A DNA stretch of 63,642 nucleotides, filler included, from Collodictyon triciliatum (lineage: Eukaryota): assembly GCA_043381765.1 (NCBI GenBank). It is 6 parts of 5 records of this genome, joined end to end, with 100 filler letters (N's around TTAATTAATTAA, not from the genome) between each part and the next. Parts side by side here need not be neighbours in the genome. Positions count along the whole stretch, not along the records: positions 35,196 to 57,990 come from JBHJMP010001243.1; positions 58,091 to 62,376 come from JBHJMP010001252.1; positions 62,477 to 63,642 come from JBHJMP010001400.1; 3 more parts are not named here. One strand, given 5' to 3'. Shown one piece after another: positions 57,835-63,642 of the stretch. Position numbers and translations under genes: made by a program. Below the pieces are notes generated by a model that saw only the letters and a program-made list of their open reading frames with translations, was not told the DNA's origin and searched no databases. Position 1 is the stretch's first letter. Each line of letters begins with the position of its first letter.

Positions 57835-57894
57835 CTTTATCAGATTGCACAGTTTGTGAAAATAAAAAGAATGCATGTGTTCATTTTTATTTCT

Positions 57895-57990
<96 letters not shown>

Positions 57991-58090
57991 NNNNNNNNNN
58001 NNNNNNNNNNNNNNNNNNNNNNNNNNNNNNNNNNTTAATTAATTAANNNNNNNNNNNNNNNNNNNNNNNNNNNNNNNNNNNNNNNNNNNN
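57991..58090. other. Artificial contig spacer preceded by (AAT)n
   Basis: 44N-TTAATTAATTAA-44N. Confidence 0.97.
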
Positions 58091-59341
58091 CCTGAGCCGG
58101 GAGACTGCAGGCAGCTAACACCTCATGACATGTGAGTCCTGAATAGCTGGCCAATTCCATTTGCAAGACCTGCGGTAACAAAGCCAAAACTCTCGACCTT
58201 GGTTGTGAGAGACACCAGGGAGTGGTAGCTTATAGCCATAGGTTTCTTTTGCAAGCAAGAGGGAGAAATCCCTTCGACAACCCTCACTGAAAAGACCCTA
58301 ATACGGTCTGGAAGGAGGTGAGTCAACCATGCAGAGAAGTCCTCTTTGCACTCGACCTAGTTCTTATCAAACGAACCTCACTTCTCTTTTCACCATCCTT
58401 TTCGACACCTTGCGCCATCAAAGCAGCATTCCCCCTCCTCCATCCAATCAATATCACATGTCCCTTTTTTTCATGCTCACGGGACACTATCACGCGTCCC
58501 CAAAAGAAATCCATGCGTCTCTTATCAAGCCTCAAGGACCTCTCTTTTCCCTTTATTTTCTTTTTATCCCTGTTTTTCTTTTTCTATCTCCCACACATCA
58601 TCACCTACTTTCGAACTACTTGCCTGATGGTTGAATGAAAGATTGTTGAGACGGGCTCAGCAGCTAAGACTTTTAGAATAAAAAAAAAATCATCATTATT
58701 TTGCTGGTACTGAATTAGCCTGTGGTGTAATCAGGCGCTCGTCAGGTTTTAGAAAGTATATTTCACACAACCGATAATCGGTAATCTAGTTTATGTATGC
58801 TGATTCTTACTCTTTTTTTCCCTTATGCATAACTCCGAGGCTGCAGAGAAACACTCGAAAATTTGTGCTGTAAAACCGATATGTGAACAAAGATTCGCCC
58901 AAGAACTTTTTACCAAGAGGCTAAGTACACCTTGTGATTGGTCTATAAAAGTCCACACATTCATCCATTCGATCAAAAATATATTATTACTAAAAAAAAA
59001 AAAATAATAAGAAGCTGCTACGAACACCCTATAGAGACAAACCGCAATTTTCATCATTTGCATTTAAGAAACTCGTGGGCCACCCTTCACCATTTAATCA
59101 AAGAAAAGGTGTGGACGAATCAAGAAGCATTTGGCACGGTCGTAGTTCCTCATTTTAAACGAGCGAAATAAGTGGAAGGGCGTTTGATGCATTTATTCCA
59201 TTATTTATTATAATTTCTTTAAACAATTCTTCCATCTAACCTGTTGCCTTGAGAGGTGGTATAGTTTTGACAATCTTAATCTTTCTTATCTTGAAGAGAA
59301 ATATTTGACTTTCTTGTATGATGTAAGAAAAGTGTCATTTT

Positions 59342-62279
59342 TTAGCCATCGTGTTTCCTGCAGCACTCTAAACAAATACGAGCCAGAGTTGTATATCCCA
59401 TTTCAGGTAGAGTGCGGAAATCTTTTGATGGAGAACACCTGCAAATGAAAATCTCAGACTCTGTAAGAATAAATATTAGACGGGGAAGATTTATATCTGC
59501 GAATATGAAGAAATTGCTTTACTTATCACAGATGGACAACCCACAATGCCGGCATCGATGCCTTCTATTCGTTAATGTGAAAGAGCGAGAACAAAGATAG
59601 CAAGCTTTTTGGAAAGATGATAATACTTTAGTGATTTCCTCCCAGAGACCATTAGCTTCTACGAAAAGAGCATCGGTGGGCTCACATAAGGAGGATATTA
59701 TTTCAAGAGCCTTCCTGCAATAATCGCAGAATTCGTTGGCTTCGTCCATACTCTATATTGACGAAATTAAGACGTTCAAAATATTTTCTTCTATATTTGA
59801 TGCAAAAAGACGTATAGTCAATTGTATTATCTATCGATGAAATTAGATATTAGGGAGCGAACCGCTATATCTGAAAACTCCAATTTAGTGGCAACAAGCT
59901 TCAGTTGTGTCTGGGCAACCTAATATGAAGGATGCAATCGAGATTTATGACATGAATCTTGATATTCCTCTGGGGTTGTAAGCCAAAAGAAATAAAGAAA
60001 CCATATTATGCATTACAGATAGATGTCCTGAGCCAAATGTATCCTGTCGTATCTGAAGGGCAAGCTTGTACAAAGGCAAAGCATTAGCATATCGCTTTTG
60101 AACTCTTCTGTAGTTTGCCATTTTATGTAAGGTCATGGCTGTTAGAGGATGGTGACCCAAATTCTATTTTTCAATTTAGAAAGAAATCAAAAGAATCATT
60201 AGTGACATGTTATCAAATATGTCATTTCTCATATTTAAGTTATTAGATTGGATGTAATTAGCCTTGGAAATTACCAAGACAATTCTTATGGTTAAGTTAA
60301 CACGCAAAAGACAGAGAGAAAACAGGCTCTTTTTTTTTAATCCAAATGCAAAAAATAGACTCATGATTTTACTTTCATCATAAACTCCTGCCCGAACTCA
60401 TACCACTTTGAAGCATTCTGGTCTTGGTGGGATAATTCATAAGCCCGTGCCAGCGTGTACATCGATTGACAAGTTTCGATATGGTCACCAAAAACAGACT
60501 TTTTCGTATCGTAAACTTTGTGCAAAAGAATTGGATCTGCACTTGACTCTGCTTCCCTCTCTAAAGCCATTATCATAAAGAATTCCTTATGGTAACCTGC
60601 TACAGGGCCTTCGAATGTTGGAAAAGCAGAAAGCGAATCCAACGCCATTCTTGCATATGTTTTTGCTTCGATGATTTTCGAATCCCCTAGGTGTGTTTAT
60701 TAAAGATAGTGGATATTAAGTGATATGCTTTTCATTAAGAGAATTTACTGTAATTTTTGAATTACAATTGGCAGATAGATGTAAATTTATCATAATAATA
60801 AAAATTACACAAAAAACATGAGGATATCCTGGAATATAAGCATGACATTATAAGGCAGTCTTCTGACGACGCTGGCCTGGCTTTGATAGCACCCATAATC
60901 CGCTCGTAGAATCGAACGATGTCTTCAGCAGAATATCGAAGTTGAAGAATCTATGGACGAAAGCAAAATAAAAGGAAGTCATTTAGGAGCTATTCATCGA
61001 AATATAAACGTTTGATAATGAAGAAAATCTCGAAACATCGAAAAATAAATGCGTAGCACTTACATCATGAGCACTTATGGCAATACTAAAGTAGCTCTGA
61101 AGGCACTTTGATGCCCATGGCCCAAACAAAAGCGACGAAATATTCCCGTAATCATCATCGAATACGTAAAATCCAGCAGTGCAATCAGCTGAGGAAATAA
61201 GCTTCCCTAATTGCTGTAAAAATTTGGAAAAGTAATCCACAAACCTATATCATTTAGTAAATGAAAAGGAAATTATTAAAAATTCATTTAAGGTTATTTC
61301 TGGTATGCGTATTTGTGTTTTGCATTTTTTCAATTCTATAAAAAAAAGTATATCTTTTTATAACTTTTTCGTGTATTTGAAATATGTGTCGTATGATGAT
61401 TTATGTAACAGTGTACACACTGTTCTCTCAGGAGCTCAGAAACCGTAAAGTCGATTGGCGTGTTGCTATAAACATAAGCTCGCACAAAATCAGGGATAGA
61501 GTATCTTCGTCCGAACGGTCTACCAGTAGTCTAGTATTTTTTTAGTATTTTTTTAGTATTTTTTTTAGTATTTTTTTAGTATTTTTTTAGTATTTTTTTA
61601 GTATTTTTTTAGTATTTTTTTAGTATTTTTTTAGTATTTTTTTAGTATTTTTTTAGTATTTTTTTTAGTATTTTTTTAGTATTTTTTTAGTATTTTTTTA
61701 GTATTTTTTAGTATTTTTTTAGTATTTTTTTAGTATTTTTTTAGTATTTTTTAGAATTTTTTAGAATTTTTTTTAGAATTTTTTTTAGAATTTTTTTGGT
61801 ATTTTTTTGGTATTTTTTTGGTATTTTTTTGGTATTTTTTTGGTATTTTTTTGGTATTTTTTTGGTATTTTTTTTTAGTATTTTAGTCGATAAAAAAATT
61901 ATATCGCAGAATCAAATTGTAAAGACCCCTTGGTAACCACCTCTCTTAAAATTTTATGAGACATGTAGCCTTCAAAGACGAGCTCTAGCTCTCTTTCGAC
62001 AATTGGTACTGATGATAGACTGGATAAGATGCTACTCGCGGCCTTTCATATTGTATTCAATAATGAAAATAAATCAGTGTTGAAAACTCTTTGTCGGCAT
62101 GCAAATTTTTTTAAATGCCAATTCAAAACTGTTGTAATCGGTCAATTCAATTCAAAAGTAACCTTGAGATCAAAATCGTACGCAAAGACGCATAGTATAC
62201 GCAGAAGCAAACAATTTGTCACATGCGGAGATGTCCACGGAAAAGATATTTGCAACTTTAATGACTGGTTGAGTATCTC
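59342..62279 (-). CDS. TPR-repeat (kinesin-light-chain-like) protein with a C-terminal FYVE-type zinc finger
   Basis: GHHPLTAMTLHKMANY..YANALPLYKLALQIRQDTFGSGH; CYLCSRSFTLTNRRHRCRHCGLSICDK|CS..RICLEC. Confidence 0.8.
61532..61885 (+). repeat. (TAGTATTTTTT)n intronic minisatellite with blocks of TAGAA and TGGTA variants
   Basis: Directly visible. Confidence 0.93.
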
Positions 62280-62318
62280 CTAAAGAATGTCGTTCGCTCT
62301 TACATATAGAAGAAATTC

Positions 62319-62376
<58 letters not shown>

Positions 62377-62476
62377 NNNNNNNNNNNNNNNNNNNNNNNN
62401 NNNNNNNNNNNNNNNNNNNNTTAATTAATTAANNNNNNNNNNNNNNNNNNNNNNNNNNNNNNNNNNNNNNNNNNNN
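62377..62476. other. Artificial contig spacer flanked by (CT)n and poly-T
   Basis: 44N-TTAATTAATTAA-44N. Confidence 0.97.
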
Positions 62477-62497
62477 TTTTTTTTTTTTTTTTTTTTT

Positions 62498-62577
<80 letters not shown>

Positions 62578-62598
62578 TTCAAGTGCCAGCTCACGCAC

Positions 62599-62706
62599 TG
62601 GTTGCCATGTAAGCCAAGTTGAAGCATGTCTAGTCACTGCGCTAGCAGGGTCGATTGGAGCTGAGGCTTCATTCCACATATCAAGCGTTGATCGCTGTGG
62701 AGGCAT
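62599..62706 (-). CDS. Probable first exon (MPPQRSTL..WQP), possibly of the TPR-FYVE gene
   Basis: ATG-initiated open segment ending at a phase-0 donor GTGCGT; the next acceptor across the spacer (62279) is open in phase 0. Confidence 0.4.
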
Positions 62707-63044
62707 GCATGCTGCTGCATTTTGTGCTCCTCCAGATCATTGCAAATGATATCTCTGTTTCCTTTTTCTTCTCTGAATCTTTTTTCTTTAACTTTTACTT
62801 TTACATTCTTCCGATTTACTGAAAGCTATTTTTTTTTTATCTATCTCTCAATTTATAAAAGTAGAAAGAAGAAAGAAGAAGAAAGAAGAAGAAAAAAAGG
62901 AGACAGGAGGAGATTTCAAGACTTGGATATTTGTTTTGAGTGTAAACACCAGAACAAGCGATCGAGAGGCAGTGCTGAGAACCAGGAAAGATACGAAAAC
63001 TCGGACAAAAAAAAGAAGAAGCGGAAAAAAAGGAATACCTGCCT

Positions 63045-63516
63045 ATGTTTCCTCTGAAAAAAGCGGCAAAATTTCTCCTGAAGCGGACTCTTGGTGCTTA
63101 TTTAAAGCACCAGATAGACTTGGAGCAGCTCGACTTGCAGCTATCAGACGGGCAGATTCTTCTCAAGGAGTTGGACTTTGATCCTAAAGTGCGATTATTT
63201 TATTCGTATTTCAGACACAAATGTTCCAAAAAATGACACTATTCAGAGTAATAAGAACAAGACTGAGCGATGATATACAATATTACCTTTCTTGCATATT
63301 TCGCGCTGTATACTCTTTCCTTTTCTTTGTTGATATTTTCTTCGAATTAAAAACTATATTCATAGGCTTTGTCTGGATTTACACAAGATTATCCTTTTGA
63401 AGTCAGCCATGCATTCATCGGTCAAATACAAGCCGCTATCCCGTGGAGGAGCATATACACTGACCCGTGCCATATTACCATAGATGATGTCGTTCTTCAT
63501 CTGAGTCAGAAAAAAG
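63045..63516 (+). CDS. ATG2: Autophagy protein ATG2, N-terminal chorein domain (partial)
   Basis: LKKAAKFLLKRTLGAYLKHQIDLEQLDLQLSDGQILLKEL|..PFEVSHAFIGQIQAAIPW..DPCHITID. Exons 63045-63188 and 63366 to about 63516. Confidence 0.88.
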
Positions 63517-63642
63517 GCTAGCAATCCATATATATTTTCCCCGAGACGTAACAGAAATTGAAAAAAATCACCAACCATAAACAACTTAATATATGACGGT
63601 TTTCATTTTCATCACATGAAAGTTTCCCCCCCCCCCCCCCCC

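Overview
Draft eukaryotic genomic DNA, most likely from an intron-rich protist. It is AT-rich, uses the standard genetic code and has GT-AG introns mostly 50-300 nt long. Five artificial 100-nt spacers (44N-TTAATTAATTAA-44N) and four plain N gaps interrupt it. About 16 spliced genes can be reconstructed: a RING/B-box/coiled-coil (TRIM-like) protein, a two-domain membrane nucleotidyl-cyclase-like protein, a divergent thiolase, an NHL-repeat protein, nuclear-encoded mitochondrial ATP synthase alpha, a TBL1-like LisH-WD40 protein, a large NACHT-pentapeptide-WD40-Sel1 NLR-like protein, a GT1 glycosyltransferase, a bacterial-type WecE aminotransferase with an intron, TTC39, SmD3, calcineurin B, two unknown proteins, a bestrophin-like channel, a TPR-FYVE protein and the start of ATG2. 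The most striking unexplained structure follows the TRIM-like gene: six consecutive AAG|1-3 nt|GT(A/G)A(G/T) units separated by 80-99 nt intron-sized spacers (3039-3580), a candidate array of ultra-short microexons. All gene models are manual and have no transcript support.
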